In this document: piece after piece, positions 39,742 to 49,836 of the stretch | Position numbering within the stretch: the first letter of the stretch is position 1 | How the letters are laid out: the number at the start of each line of letters is the position of its first letter | IMG/VR virus record: IMGVR_UViG_3300018012_000099 | From: a virus | Taxonomy: Duplodnaviria > Caudoviricetes | DNA: 64,000 nucleotides | Reading direction: 5' to 3' (one strand) | Translations under genes and position numbers: made by a program | The notes under the pieces: generated by a model | Databases searched by the model: none | The model's input: the letters and a program-made list of their open reading frames with translations, nothing else | Told to the model about the DNA's origin: nothing

Positions 39742-40125
39742 ATGGTAACGCTTAAACCAGGGGATCGTGTCAACTGTCATATCAAAGACAGCGAAATCGT
39801 CGGTGCTTACAAGGAGCATGACGAGACCAAAACCTTTGAAGTGGTGGCGGTGGGAGATTATGGTTATTATCTCTTCGTGCCGCAGTATTATAGTCTCAAA
39901 AACACCATTCCGATAGACCATTATCGTCTTAAGAAAATGTGTATTGATTCGCGTTTTCTGGATGAAGAGATGATCCATATTACTGAAAATATGGTATGTG
40001 GTGTAGCGCAACAGTTGGACGGAACATCCTGCGCAGTATGTCAGGAGTTCTTTCCCATGGCTGCAACAAACCAAGAAAATGGTACGTTCATCTGCTGGTC
40101 CTGCCGCGAGAACCCCTATCACTGA
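39742..40125 (+). CDS. Hypothetical protein with C-terminal Zn finger
   Basis: CAVC..CWSC. Confidence 0.6.
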   Translation: MVTLKPGDRVNCHIKDSEIVGAYKEHDETKTFEVVAVGDYGYYLFVPQYYSLKNTIPIDHYRLKKMCIDSRFLDEEMIHITENMVCGVAQQLDGTSCAVCQEFFPMAATNQENGTFICWSCRENPYH

Positions 40126-40146
40126 AATTTATAGATTGTCTCCAGC

Positions 40147-40812
40147 TTACATGCCTACGTAAATGCGTTCGTGAGTCCAGCCGAAAGCGTTAAGAGACAG
40201 CGTGAATTGTTTAGTTTCAGCTACCTGTACTAACATTTGTTGAGCTATATCTCTAATTTCTTTTTGAGCATGTTCACTATTTCTGAGGTTAGAGAAATTC
40301 ATGAAAGCTCTAAAATTCATCATAACATCAGCGGTTAATTGGTTGGCGTATGGCAGATAAAAACGAGCGCTTTCTTTGGCACGTTTTTTTGGTACCCCCG
40401 ACGCGATGAGGCGAGCTAGACATTCATGATATTTGCGTAGAGACTCTTCACAGTGTCGAACTAGTAAGACTTGCTCATCGTTAGACCAGTCATCTGGAAT
40501 GTAGAACTTATCGTCTTTTAGCTCTTTATATCGGGCAGATTCGGCATTTATTGAGGCAATTCGATGCTTCAGAAGATGTACATGGGAAGCTAAATCCGAA
40601 GTTATCAACCAGTGCATGGAACTTTTTTCGAAGGGCGTTCCGTGACCATTTTCTGCCAACATTTTGAGTAATTTATCTATTCTGCCTCTTTTTTCTTCAG
40701 TTAACTCACGCAAGGTAGAAGTCCAGGCACTTAATGCATGCGTTTCGTCTCCACCATATGTACCTATCAACTCTACTTTGTTAGTGTGTTCATTTGCAAT
40801 ATTCATTTTCAA
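40147..40812 (-). CDS. thyX: Flavin-dependent thymidylate synthase
   Basis: GHGTPFE, KHRIASINAESARY (variant of RHRx7SxR), ARFYLP, LRNSEHAQKEIR. Confidence 0.9.
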   Translation of the reverse strand: MKMNIANEHTNKVELIGTYGGDETHALSAWTSTLRELTEEKRGRIDKLLKMLAENGHGTPFEKSSMHWLITSDLASHVHLLKHRIASINAESARYKELKDDKFYIPDDWSNDEQVLLVRHCEESLRKYHECLARLIASGVPKKRAKESARFYLPYANQLTADVMMNFRAFMNFSNLRNSEHAQKEIRDIAQQMLVQVAETKQFTLSLNAFGWTHERIYVGM

Positions 40813-40814
40813 CC

Positions 40815-41852
40815 TTATTTAGTAATGACATCATGTGGATGAGATTCTTTTAATCCCGCATTGGTTATTCTGATGAATGTCGGGTTATCTTTGAGTTCAG
40901 ATAAAGAATTTACACCTTGATAACTCATTCCGGATCGAAGACCTTCTAAAAGCTTGGTTAGCACAGTTTCATAATTTCCAGTACATGGGACCCAAGCACA
41001 TACGCCCTCAACATGATTAGTTTTATGAGTAGAACTGCCTAGATATTCTTTGTGAGGAACATTGTTGATGTAATGTGTTTGTCCCGGTGCTTCTTGGCAA
41101 CCAGCAAATAGATTACCTATCATTACCATATCAGCGAAGCACAGAGCTTTGACCACATCTCCGACACTTTTGATTCCACCATCCGCGATAAAGGGATATT
41201 GACGTTGTTCGTTGGGATAACGGGTAGCTCTATCCCGTTCTAGCAGGAACTGCTGTGTTTTCTGTACATCCATCAAAGCAGTTAGTTGCGGTACTCCATT
41301 GCCCGTTTCGATACGCGTGGTACACAAGCTGCCCGGTCCCACCCCCACCTTGACTATATCGGCTCCCGCTTCCCATAAACGGCGTGCGCCGTCACCAGTC
41401 GCTACATTGCCGGCGATAATGGTAACATCGACCAATTGTCTGATTTCTTGAATCATGCGAACACAGTGAGCTGAATTGCCATGTGCAATATCTACACAAA
41501 AAATGCGTACGCCCACGTTGTAGAATTCATAAAGGTTTCCGCTATCCTCGCTTTTAACCCCTACTGAGACGGCAAAGTGCCTGGAACCCCAATCATCGAT
41601 TATATCTTCTGCGATAGCGAACTGCTGGGATGGGCTCGTGAAGCGATGTAGAATAGCTAGTCCTCCGCTGCGAGCCACTTGTATTGCCATTTCCTGTCCA
41701 GTGACAGTTTGCATATTGGCGGGTACAATAGGGTGTTTAAAAGTGAGTTTACCCAATTTAACTGAAATATCTACGTCGGAGCGACTTACAATCTCTGAAT
41801 ATTGTGGAACTAACAACACGTCGTCGTAGCACAATCCTTCACGAATTTCCAT
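40815..41852 (-). CDS. IMP dehydrogenase/GMP reductase family (CBS-less)
   Basis: [41 protein letters not shown]. Confidence 0.88.
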   Translation of the reverse strand: MEIREGLCYDDVLLVPQYSEIVSRSDVDISVKLGKLTFKHPIVPANMQTVTGQEMAIQVARSGGLAILHRFTSPSQQFAIAEDIIDDWGSRHFAVSVGVKSEDSGNLYEFYNVGVRIFCVDIAHGNSAHCVRMIQEIRQLVDVTIIAGNVATGDGARRLWEAGADIVKVGVGPGSLCTTRIETGNGVPQLTALMDVQKTQQFLLERDRATRYPNEQRQYPFIADGGIKSVGDVVKALCFADMVMIGNLFAGCQEAPGQTHYINNVPHKEYLGSSTHKTNHVEGVCAWVPCTGNYETVLTKLLEGLRSGMSYQGVNSLSELKDNPTFIRITNAGLKESHPHDVITK

Positions 41853-41920
41853 TATCATCTCTCCTGTCACACGCCGAACTATCTATAACATCGTTATATT
41901 TTCGCATATTATCGTTGATA

Positions 41921-41949
41921 ATTATAACCACAAATTTTAGTAAGGTCAA
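41921..41949 (-). promoter_or_regulatory. Sigma70-type promoter for the IMPDH-thyX unit
   Basis: Minus strand TTGACC-17 nt-TATAAT. Confidence 0.7.
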
Positions 41950-42007
41950 GGATATTAGTAAATGTATAATTTTGTTGATGAAAACAAAATAATTGAAGGA
42001 ATTTAAA

Positions 42008-42265
42008 ATGAAAGAGTTCAAAATTATTGTAGGTGCCGACGCAGCCAACACGCACATTTATGTAGATAATCAGCCCATCGGTATGGTGCAAGATATTAAG
42101 TTCCACGTGGGAGTGGGCACAACTCCCGCTGTTGAGATTGTGTTTCCGGATCTTCGCGCTTTCAGTAATAGTGCAGCTAAAAAAGTGTCAGATCAAGTCG
42201 AATTATTGAAAGATTTGCCTCAGGTAAAGGTAACTTTGGCAAAGGTTGAGTTTTCTAAAATATAA
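42008..42265 (+). CDS. Hypothetical protein
   Basis: GAAGGA SD; beta-rich, about 85 aa. Confidence 0.55.
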   Translation: MKEFKIIVGADAANTHIYVDNQPIGMVQDIKFHVGVGTTPAVEIVFPDLRAFSNSAAKKVSDQVELLKDLPQVKVTLAKVEFSKI

Positions 42266-42274
42266 AGGACAATT

Positions 42275-43066
42275 ATGAGTATAGACATCTTTAGTGTATT
42301 GAATGGTTCTTCTGGTAATTCCCTGATTCCATCCAGAGATCCGGGTGCCATTACCGGATCTGCTTTTATTCAAGCTAACATGGATTTGATTGGCGTGCCG
42401 CGTGAAGCCAACATACTCAACGAATTCTTGCACGGCAACATTCCTGATTTTTTGAGAAAATTGGTTCCCCTCACGGTTTCTGATGGAACCAACTCCATCA
42501 CCTATTTGGTAACACCAGATGTTCTATGCCTAGGATCTGATGCCGATTACGTCAGAATGCCTATGAATCCTCATACCGCCCAGTCTATCGCCAACCAATA
42601 CGACTGTACTTTGCCCACCACTAAGATAGCCAATTGTATTTGGCAAGCGGCAGTTAATAGATTACCGCCAGCACCCTGGGGACCACCTTATGATGGTGAT
42701 ATGCAAAAGACTTATCGCATTGGTGTGCATCACACCACTATCAATAATCAGCTAATAGGCAAAGATCCACATGCCCTGATTTCAGGACATAAGAAAGATA
42801 TTGTGCTCACTAATCATTTGTATCCCAATAACCCTAACAGACGAGTGGCTATCTATGGTTGGTTCATGCTAACCGGTACGCCAATTCAAGGGTTAAATCC
42901 TACTAGCCATGAAGATACCTATGAAGATTATAGTCATGGTGTACGCTTAATTGCCAACGATGTGACGATTAATGGAAATCCGGCACGCATGTCAGATATC
43001 TTCAACAGTAGTAGCCTATGTCATTTAGTGAGTGATGAAGGTTGTCTATTGTTTCAGAAATACTAA
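42275..43066 (+). CDS. Conserved-looking protein of unknown function
   Basis: Motif-like DYVRMPM.P..AQ.IA, GHKKD, VAIYGW, Y.DYSHG.RL. Confidence 0.6.
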   Translation: MSIDIFSVLNGSSGNSLIPSRDPGAITGSAFIQANMDLIGVPREANILNEFLHGNIPDFLRKLVPLTVSDGTNSITYLVTPDVLCLGSDADYVRMPMNPHTAQSIANQYDCTLPTTKIANCIWQAAVNRLPPAPWGPPYDGDMQKTYRIGVHHTTINNQLIGKDPHALISGHKKDIVLTNHLYPNNPNRRVAIYGWFMLTGTPIQGLNPTSHEDTYEDYSHGVRLIANDVTINGNPARMSDIFNSSSLCHLVSDEGCLLFQKY

Positions 43067-43284
43067 GCACTTTTGTGTCTGTAGACAATACGTCCCTTGG
43101 AAGTATCATATTCACTTACTTCAACAGTCACTTTGTCACCAACTAAAATTTTTACCGAGTTCATTCTTATTTTGCCACTTAAAGTAGCTCGGACGGTCAT
43201 GGTTTCATTTATTTTAACCGTAAATTGTCCTTTGTTAGCTTCGAGGACGATTCCGTCCAGTTCGATCCTGTCTCTCTCAACCAT
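43063..43284 (-). CDS. infA: Translation initiation factor IF-1
   Basis: IELDGIVLEA..LSGKIRMNSVKILVGDKVTVEVSEYD..GRIVYR. Confidence 0.92.
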   Translation of the reverse strand: MVERDRIELDGIVLEANKGQFTVKINETMTVRATLSGKIRMNSVKILVGDKVTVEVSEYDTSKGRIVYRHKSA

Positions 43285-43925
43285 TATACTTTTCTCCTGT
43301 ATGTTTTATTTCTTAGTATTTTCCAAATTACATTTCTTCTTACATTAAATTTTAGCGCCAGCTCACTCATAGAAATGCCGCCAGCGTTCCATTCCGATCT
43401 AATATTTTCAGCCTGATCGTTGGTAAATTTGGCACGTGGATTATTTTCTCCAAGATAAATATTTTGTTTCTTCTTACTCATAATTTGTTTAGTTTCGTCG
43501 GAAAAGTGTTTTCCAAAGTTAGCGTTCAATGCACCACTTCTCTGGGCACTCATTTTTGCCTTTACTTCTGGAGAGTGTGTTTTTCCAAACATTGGATTGA
43601 GTGCGCCTGATTTGGCGCCACGCCCGCCGGCATTTACGTTGTAACCAGCTTCCTTTCCAAATTTACTGACGTCAGTACGAAAAAATTCAATCCAAAACTC
43701 TTCGGCATTATAAGAATCTTGTTCATTTTCCCATTCTTCTATGACTGAGAATATAAAATTATCGATACCATATTTTTTGATAGCGGCATGAATTAGGCTA
43801 TATTCACGAGGTTTAGCACCATTAGCTATGCCTCTGTGCTCGGCATATCTACGAATCGGATTAGATGTTTTACCAACGTAAATTTTATTGTTCAGTTTAT
43901 TTTGTATGACATATATGTGGAACAT
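43284..43925 (-). CDS. GIY-YIG homing endonuclease
   Basis: HIYVIQN..KIYVGKT, GYNVNAGG, NUMOD3 NPMFGKTHS. Confidence 0.9.
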   Translation of the reverse strand: MFHIYVIQNKLNNKIYVGKTSNPIRRYAEHRGIANGAKPREYSLIHAAIKKYGIDNFIFSVIEEWENEQDSYNAEEFWIEFFRTDVSKFGKEAGYNVNAGGRGAKSGALNPMFGKTHSPEVKAKMSAQRSGALNANFGKHFSDETKQIMSKKKQNIYLGENNPRAKFTNDQAENIRSEWNAGGISMSELALKFNVRRNVIWKILRNKTYRRKV

Positions 43926-44179
43926 TATAAAAATGCCTTATTATCCAAAGCTTTCTTTAATTGTTTTCCACTATCAAATTCATGATCCATAATCGCAAAT
44001 ACTATGCTATGTATAATGTTCGATGGATTACCGTGAATGTCGGAACGATTTTTTATTGTTACCGAAACAAAAATACCCGTCTCCATGCTAATTTGGGCAG
44101 CGATGTGGTTTGCAGCCTCCACATATTTACGACCCTCTGGACCATTTTCAATTATAAACCAGTCATCGGGTATCTTCAT
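43925..44179 (-). CDS. Hypothetical protein
   Basis: TAATG-coupled; ends KALDNKAFL. Confidence 0.5.
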   Translation of the reverse strand: MKIPDDWFIIENGPEGRKYVEAANHIAAQISMETGIFVSVTIKNRSDIHGNPSNIIHSIVFAIMDHEFDSGKQLKKALDNKAFL

Positions 44180-44831
44180 TGGGCTCTCCAAAAATAGGCA
44201 ACAGCTCTTCGTATTGCTTACTAATTACGGCTAAAAACTCTTTGCTGGGTGGCAAGAAAGATAAGTACGTCTGTCCGGACACGCAAGGGATGGGTAAATT
44301 TTCCGATTTGGTTAGCTGTCGAAAACGCTTGATGTCCGCATTATCAGCTAACAGCTTTATATGTTTTATTCCCATCACTAGCGGAGAAACTTGCTGCCAT
44401 TCGCCATACCAATATAGATAAGTACGGAAGTAATTATCCACACCTAGAAAAGTAAGAAGATAGCAATCCTGGTACAAGTCCTCGTCTTTACCGGCACATA
44501 GATAAGCTAGTTTGCTCATCTTAGCGACACGATCCAAAGACAACCCATAATACAAATCGGTGCTAACTAATTTACTTCGATCGATACGCAAATCCCCGTA
44601 AGTCAATTTAATTCTTTTGTTCTTGATGATATTCAATGAATTACCATATTCATCAAACCACCAACGATGTAAAACCATTCTTTCACTGTGTTCCTGGAAG
44701 ACATAGTCATATGGTTTAAGACGGCAGGCTCTGATAATAAATCCTAAATGTTTGTTCTCGGTGTAAGATTGAGCTAGCTCAATTAGCTTATTGATTTTGC
44801 CATAGAAGAATTCTAGACTGTGACTTTTCAT
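44163..44831 (-). CDS. Hypothetical protein
   Basis: 222-aa ORF in a coupled minus-strand operon. Confidence 0.6.
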   Translation of the reverse strand: MKSHSLEFFYGKINKLIELAQSYTENKHLGFIIRACRLKPYDYVFQEHSERMVLHRWWFDEYGNSLNIIKNKRIKLTYGDLRIDRSKLVSTDLYYGLSLDRVAKMSKLAYLCAGKDEDLYQDCYLLTFLGVDNYFRTYLYWYGEWQQVSPLVMGIKHIKLLADNADIKRFRQLTKSENLPIPCVSGQTYLSFLPPSKEFLAVISKQYEELLPIFGEPNEDTR

Positions 44832-45478
44832 AAATCTAACAACGCGGGGTCCAGTCCACCATCCGTATCATCATCAGAGGTTGCAACGCTGATTGTATGA
44901 ATAGCTGTCTTAATGAAGGGTAGGTAGTCTACTTTTTTGTCTTCTATTAGATTTTTCCAAAGAAGATAACTGTTGCGTGAGTCCACTTTTGCGTTGTGAC
45001 TTTCAGAGATCTTTTTTACACCAACGATGTCACAAGCAGCGTGCAAATTAACTTTGGGCTTCACTAATCCAATTTGTTTAGCATATGATTTAGTCATTGG
45101 AATAGTATCTAACCACAAATGGGCTGGAAATTCTTTTCCACATCGTTCCCACATGGCGTGCAAAAATCTTTTATCAAAAGAAAAGATATTATGACCAACA
45201 ATGCATCTGTGAGCGGGCGTTAAGCTGTCTTCATCGAAGAATTTATTACACTCTTCTATTACTTGTTCTACCGTAAATCCCTTTTCTAAATCTGAAAGAG
45301 TCTTCTTCGTTACAGCTAGAGCATCGTACGAGGCTCTTTCGGGGTATTCACATTTTATATTTCTCCATAGTTGCACTCGATCGGTAGCACGAATTATTCC
45401 TATTTCAGTGGGTTCGTGATAGGCTGCCTTTAGGCCCGTTGTTTCTAAATCTATAATGTAATAAACTATACCAGACAT
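44828..45478 (-). CDS. DEDDh 3'-5' exonuclease, paralog of 35422
   Basis: IIDLETTGL, VGHNIFSFD, SHNAKVDS. Confidence 0.88.
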   Translation of the reverse strand: MSGIVYYIIDLETTGLKAAYHEPTEIGIIRATDRVQLWRNIKCEYPERASYDALAVTKKTLSDLEKGFTVEQVIEECNKFFDEDSLTPAHRCIVGHNIFSFDKRFLHAMWERCGKEFPAHLWLDTIPMTKSYAKQIGLVKPKVNLHAACDIVGVKKISESHNAKVDSRNSYLLWKNLIEDKKVDYLPFIKTAIHTISVATSDDDTDGGLDPALLDL

Positions 45479-45480
45479 TA

Positions 45481-46056
45481 TTAATCCTTATTCAAAATAA
45501 AGTTATTGTAAACGCGTTTCAACCAATTTCTAAACTCTTCTATCGTCATGTTAGATTTGGCTATATTACAATCTACGCAGCAAGGAACGATATTATCCTC
45601 CGAATGATTTTTTGATGAATCAATTCTATCCAAACCATTATATTCATACCAACACTGATCAAACCATTCTTGTGACACATGCCCTGTTTTAACTGAGTTA
45701 GTGTGTGGATTATACTTGTTAGATTTGATAACTCCACAATAGAAACAAGGAAGTTGTGATAATTCTAAAAACTTTTCAAAACTGCACCCATCTTTATAAT
45801 TAGATCGCCATAATCCTTTGGCAGCCATAAGTTGAGGATCATCCACTCTAAGGGTTTTGAGTTGTTCCGCATGTAAGCATCCACAACTTTTTGTGTTTTT
45901 ATTAGTTCTTTTTAAATTAATACCAGAAATTATTTTTTCATTACCGCATTCGCACAAACAAAGATAAAAACTAATACTTCTTGAATTACTATGTGAATAT
46001 TTCACTACTGTTAATTTCCCAAATATTTGTCCAGTTAAATCTTGTTTTGCCGGCAT
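45481..46056 (-). CDS. HNH-type endonuclease (LDR group)
   Basis: DLTGQIFGKLTV, CECG..SCGC, CFYC..NGLDRIDSS..VPCC..CN.AK. Confidence 0.8.
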   Translation of the reverse strand: MPAKQDLTGQIFGKLTVVKYSHSNSRSISFYLCLCECGNEKIISGINLKRTNKNTKSCGCLHAEQLKTLRVDDPQLMAAKGLWRSNYKDGCSFEKFLELSQLPCFYCGVIKSNKYNPHTNSVKTGHVSQEWFDQCWYEYNGLDRIDSSKNHSEDNIVPCCVDCNIAKSNMTIEEFRNWLKRVYNNFILNKD

Positions 46057-46060
46057 ATTA

Positions 46061-46546
46061 TCATCTTTTTTGAAAAACAGGGAATGTGATAAACAAAGGT
46101 ATCATTCCCTTTTTCTTGTATTCTTCTTGCAGTGGTGGATCCAAGTATTGGTATCCGCTGATAATTTTACGACACTTGTTGGATCCACAAGTGCAATCCA
46201 TCTTCCACATCTCGTAGGTATCAGTGGCACTGGTAGAATAATCAAAGGTTAACTCTGTCCCAGCTGGTATTACATATAATGAGTGTAGAATGGCTCTATT
46301 GCCCACTATATGAAAATAGCAATTAGGATCGCAACTGTGGTTGAGAAACCTTAGATTACCAGAAATATTTAAATAGTCGTTGGGACCAATCTGTAAGACA
46401 CTAGAATCTTTAGGGTCCAATAGCTCTTGCAGAGTGCAGATATTACCATGTGGCTCATCGATGGGGGTACCGGCTGGAATTTCGATAGTAGTAAAAACGC
46501 CATCTCCAAATTTGCTTTTAGCTACTTTTAGATATTGAGTAAACAT
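46061..46546 (-). CDS. SET-domain protein-lysine methyltransferase with post-SET
   Basis: GDGVF, FLNHSCDPN, ELTFDY, CTCGSNKCR. Confidence 0.9.
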   Translation of the reverse strand: MFTQYLKVAKSKFGDGVFTTIEIPAGTPIDEPHGNICTLQELLDPKDSSVLQIGPNDYLNISGNLRFLNHSCDPNCYFHIVGNRAILHSLYVIPAGTELTFDYSTSATDTYEMWKMDCTCGSNKCRKIISGYQYLDPPLQEEYKKKGMIPLFITFPVFQKR

Positions 46547-46547
46547 G

Positions 46548-46784
46548 TTAACCCACTAATCTTTTCATCCATCGAATCATATTACTTCCAGCGTCGTAGA
46601 CCGTTAGCTTGATATCCTTCTTGCCAATTAGGCGGTGTTGTACTGAATTAGGTTGGATACCTCGAATCTTGTCTGAAGCCTGTTGTGCATCCTCTGCTAG
46701 GACACGATAGGTGAGTGTGGCAGGTAGCATGGTCTCAACTTTAACGTCATAATATTTTAATTCTGGTACTGTTTTTTCTGTCAT
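46548..46784 (-). CDS. Small hypothetical protein
   Basis: 78-aa ORF in operon. Confidence 0.55.
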   Translation of the reverse strand: MTEKTVPELKYYDVKVETMLPATLTYRVLAEDAQQASDKIRGIQPNSVQHRLIGKKDIKLTVYDAGSNMIRWMKRLVG

Positions 46785-46790
46785 TGATAT

Positions 46791-47396
46791 TTACCATTTT
46801 GTTTCTATGAGATGTGTATGCACTCTTTTAATCCACTCTCTAAATTCTTCCAAAGACATAGTAGATTTAGCATAATTGCAAATGGAACAACAAGGAACAA
46901 TATTATCAACATTATGGGGTAAATTAGAGTCAAGACGATCAAGCCCATTATACCTGAACCAGGACTGATTAGCCCATTCCTCACTAACACCTTTCTTTAT
47001 TTGACCATTTTTATTTATATAGATATTAAATGTGTTTGATAATAACGTTCCGCAATAAAAACATGGTTCTTGAGAAAATTTCATAAATGTATCAAAAGTA
47101 CATCCGTCAGAATAACTATTTTTCCACATAGTCTTCGCGGACATAATTTTACCATCTGTTCTAGTACTCTTACCCAATCTAGATATGTGTTCCAAAAAGG
47201 CGCAACCACAGCTAATTGTATTGCCGTGCAAAAGTGCATCAGAAGCAACAATTTTTTCATTTCCACATTCACACTTACACAAGTAATAAGGTCTACTCCT
47301 CGAACCATTAAGGCTACGATGATCAAATTTGATAACAGTTAATCTGCCAAATATTTTACCTGCCAGATTATTTTTAGGTACGCTATTTGTATCCAT
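46791..47396 (-). CDS. HNH-type endonuclease (LDR group), paralog of 45481
   Basis: LAGKIFGRLTV, CECG..SCGC, NGLDRLDS..VPCCSICN.AK. Confidence 0.8.
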   Translation of the reverse strand: MDTNSVPKNNLAGKIFGRLTVIKFDHRSLNGSRSRPYYLCKCECGNEKIVASDALLHGNTISCGCAFLEHISRLGKSTRTDGKIMSAKTMWKNSYSDGCTFDTFMKFSQEPCFYCGTLLSNTFNIYINKNGQIKKGVSEEWANQSWFRYNGLDRLDSNLPHNVDNIVPCCSICNYAKSTMSLEEFREWIKRVHTHLIETKW

Positions 47397-47408
47397 AATC
47401 AATCTATA

Positions 47409-48353
47409 TCATTTAGAATGGAGAGATGTCAATTCGGTGAATCTTTTCAAGAAATTATCTTTTGCTTGTTGTGGGCTCCAAGATTCAATCTTGAAAGGTA
47501 ATGGTTCCGCCGGTTGCTTCCAGTCGGGATGTCGAGGAGACATTAGATCCCTAGCTTCAGTAGCGAGAAGGATGGTATCAGCCCTCTTGACATCAGGCGG
47601 CTCTTTCTCCGGTAAACCGAAGCGTTTGCAAACCGCCTCTTGTACCTTGTGTTCAAACTCAATGAAGGCATCCAGTTTACCAGACCTCTTCAAAGGACGG
47701 GGCATATCTACTAAATATGCTTCAGAGGCGTCGTGGAGTAAACCCCACAATGCATTCTCAAAACCACAGATATGACTTACCAAGACTGAATGTTGAGCTA
47801 CTGAATAGAACTCGCGACAGTGACCGCTGAAACGACACTGCATGGATAGAGCATGAGCAATATCCTGAATGACAATAGCTTCTGGGTTAGGATTAGTGGG
47901 ATTGAAACGTCTACCCGAATAGGTTTGGATCCAAGGGGCGTCTTTATCAAAACCATCAGTTAATCCTGAACCTTTAGTATAATTGCTGGTATCATTATTT
48001 AATACGGGGTTATAAGCGTACAATCTATTAATAGCAGCTTCTTGTTCGGGAGTAGCAATAGGTTCCCAATCGGGGAAATCTGAACCACCAAACTGGTCCT
48101 CGTCGCCTTTCATGGACACTGGATCAATGACAAAGTTCTGTGTTTCTTTCTTAGACATTATTTCATTCACTTTCTGCAAAATAATCGATTCGTCGGGGGT
48201 AAAGCCACTTTTGGCTAGCAGTAAGAAAGCCATTTCGGAATTTTCCGAGATTTCCTTAGCTAGAACGGCTCTCAGCCTATCTCGTTCTTGACGAGATGTG
48301 CCCGTACCTATCTTTCTTTTGATGTAATCACTTAACTCGTAAATTGTATTCAT
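47409..48353 (-). CDS. HD-domain phosphohydrolase (YfbR/YfdR-like) with N-terminal extension
   Basis: IQTYSG, IAHALSMQCRFSGH, YSVAQHS, LLHDASEAY. Confidence 0.85.
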   Translation of the reverse strand: MNTIYELSDYIKRKIGTGTSRQERDRLRAVLAKEISENSEMAFLLLAKSGFTPDESIILQKVNEIMSKKETQNFVIDPVSMKGDEDQFGGSDFPDWEPIATPEQEAAINRLYAYNPVLNNDTSNYTKGSGLTDGFDKDAPWIQTYSGRRFNPTNPNPEAIVIQDIAHALSMQCRFSGHCREFYSVAQHSVLVSHICGFENALWGLLHDASEAYLVDMPRPLKRSGKLDAFIEFEHKVQEAVCKRFGLPEKEPPDVKRADTILLATEARDLMSPRHPDWKQPAEPLPFKIESWSPQQAKDNFLKRFTELTSLHSK

Positions 48354-48859
48354 TTTTTATCCGTGGAACCAAATCCACCGGCTCCTCGATTGAATTTACG
48401 TGTAGCCACTAACTTTTGGTATTCCTCTTCCGTGATGGCTTCTACGATCATTTCTTGCCTTCTCACAGGAACAATCTGACCAATGGCTTCACCAAATTCG
48501 ATTTTTAAATCATTGCCTAGGGTGCAAATGTCTGGAATATACTGGCAGGCAAATAAGCATTCTCCTTCGTAGTCCTCATCTATAACACCATATAAGGAGT
48601 GTAGACGTTTCTTAGCGAAAGTGGAGGAGCGTGGGCGTAGTTCCATCCACCAACCTTCGGGCGCAAACATACGGAAACCGAGAGGAATCTTAGTATATTG
48701 CCCGGCACGCAAACTGATATGATCAGCGGCACGCACATCCCAGCCAGTAGCCTTTTCCGATCCTTTTTTGGGGAGAAAGTCTTGAGGATTCAATGGGGAA
48801 CCCATTCCTCTAAACATATCAGTTCTTACTGCAAATTTAAATATCGGTATTTCGATCAT
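48350..48859 (-). CDS. dut: Trimeric dUTPase
   Basis: ATGWDV, RPRSS, GVIDEDYEGE, GQIV, RGAGGFGST. Confidence 0.92.
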   Translation of the reverse strand: MIEIPIFKFAVRTDMFRGMGSPLNPQDFLPKKGSEKATGWDVRAADHISLRAGQYTKIPLGFRMFAPEGWWMELRPRSSTFAKKRLHSLYGVIDEDYEGECLFACQYIPDICTLGNDLKIEFGEAIGQIVPVRRQEMIVEAITEEEYQKLVATRKFNRGAGGFGSTDKK

Positions 48860-49157
48860 CAGTTTGATCCTTTTTAATAGTAGTCAACTCAATAATTACT
48901 TCAGTGGCTGGAGTATTTCCATCAAAATGTTTGGCACACATAAAACATTCGGTAGGTGTCCCTAATTCAGCGCGCGGATATCTACAGGTACAAATCATAC
49001 AGAAGTTATCCTTAAACTGCTTGGGGATGCCACATTCTTGGCACAGATAAATCTCTAATAAATCGCCGGTATGGCGTCCGTTACTGGGAATGAATAATAA
49101 TCGCATAAAGCGAAACTTAACCACCAGATTCTGGCTGTCAAGTGAATAAAACATCAT
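48837..49157 (-). CDS. Cys-rich hypothetical protein (start uncertain)
   Basis: CQEC, CMICTC and CFMC clusters; fills the gap before dut. Confidence 0.4.
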   Translation of the reverse strand: MMFYSLDSQNLVVKFRFMRLLFIPSNGRHTGDLLEIYLCQECGIPKQFKDNFCMICTCRYPRAELGTPTECFMCAKHFDGNTPATEVIIELTTIKKDQTDDRNTDI

Positions 49158-49163
49158 AAATAC

Positions 49164-49823
49164 ATGAACCCGCCCCCGGCAATTGTTTTTATTAATGGAG
49201 ATATTACCTATCCTCCAAGCCCACCAATTTTCATTGGGGCGCAACCATCTAACCCTGCTTCAGATGCTTCCGTTAGTGAACTAACCAATCTACAAATTCA
49301 ATTGTTCATCGATGATACTATGACCAAGGCGGAGTTTGATGCTAGGGTGGCAGCAGATCCAAATTACCCTACCATCGTTCATTTGCAAAATTTGAGAATT
49401 TTGGTCATCCTCCCCACCTTCCAAGACGGCTATAACCGTGAATATGCCGACGTGGTAATTTTTCTTCATCAAGGACTTGCGGATGTTGAGCACAATCACT
49501 TTGGTCCTCCCTGCCAAAATTTCCCCATTCAAAGACTTACTATCTATGAATTACTGCGAGCAGTGCATTCGCCCAACGTCGTCATTTTACCTTTTGGTTT
49601 CGGTGGCTCTCAGGGTTCTTGTTGCAGTAATTGTCATTATCCATTCTTTTGTGATAGATGTCACACCTTTTCTGGCATTCGAAAGTGTAGAAAATGTGGT
49701 TGCGACTGTCAATGTGGTTGTACTTGTGGTTTGATAGATAATCAGGGCATCGTCAGTAGTGCAGTTCATGCCCCGAATTGCGATAATATTTACCACAACC
49801 CCGCGTTTTTACATAGAAAATGA
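49164..49823 (+). CDS. Hypothetical protein with metallothionein-like Cys cluster
   Basis: CCSNCH..CDRCH..CRKCGCDCQCGCTC. Confidence 0.6.
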   Translation: MNPPPAIVFINGDITYPPSPPIFIGAQPSNPASDASVSELTNLQIQLFIDDTMTKAEFDARVAADPNYPTIVHLQNLRILVILPTFQDGYNREYADVVIFLHQGLADVEHNHFGPPCQNFPIQRLTIYELLRAVHSPNVVILPFGFGGSQGSCCSNCHYPFFCDRCHTFSGIRKCRKCGCDCQCGCTCGLIDNQGIVSSAVHAPNCDNIYHNPAFLHRK

Positions 49824-49836
49824 TATATAATAACAT

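Noticed and set aside
43925-44179. KALDNKAFL as an outlying member of the C-terminal tag family
   Set aside because: It has K at -9 and FL at the end, but lacks CxxC and the hydrophobic -5 to -3 run. Unresolved.
47409-48353. Z-genome (DatZ/PurZ) pathway
   Set aside because: HD hydrolases are widespread, and no PurZ or MazZ is seen here.
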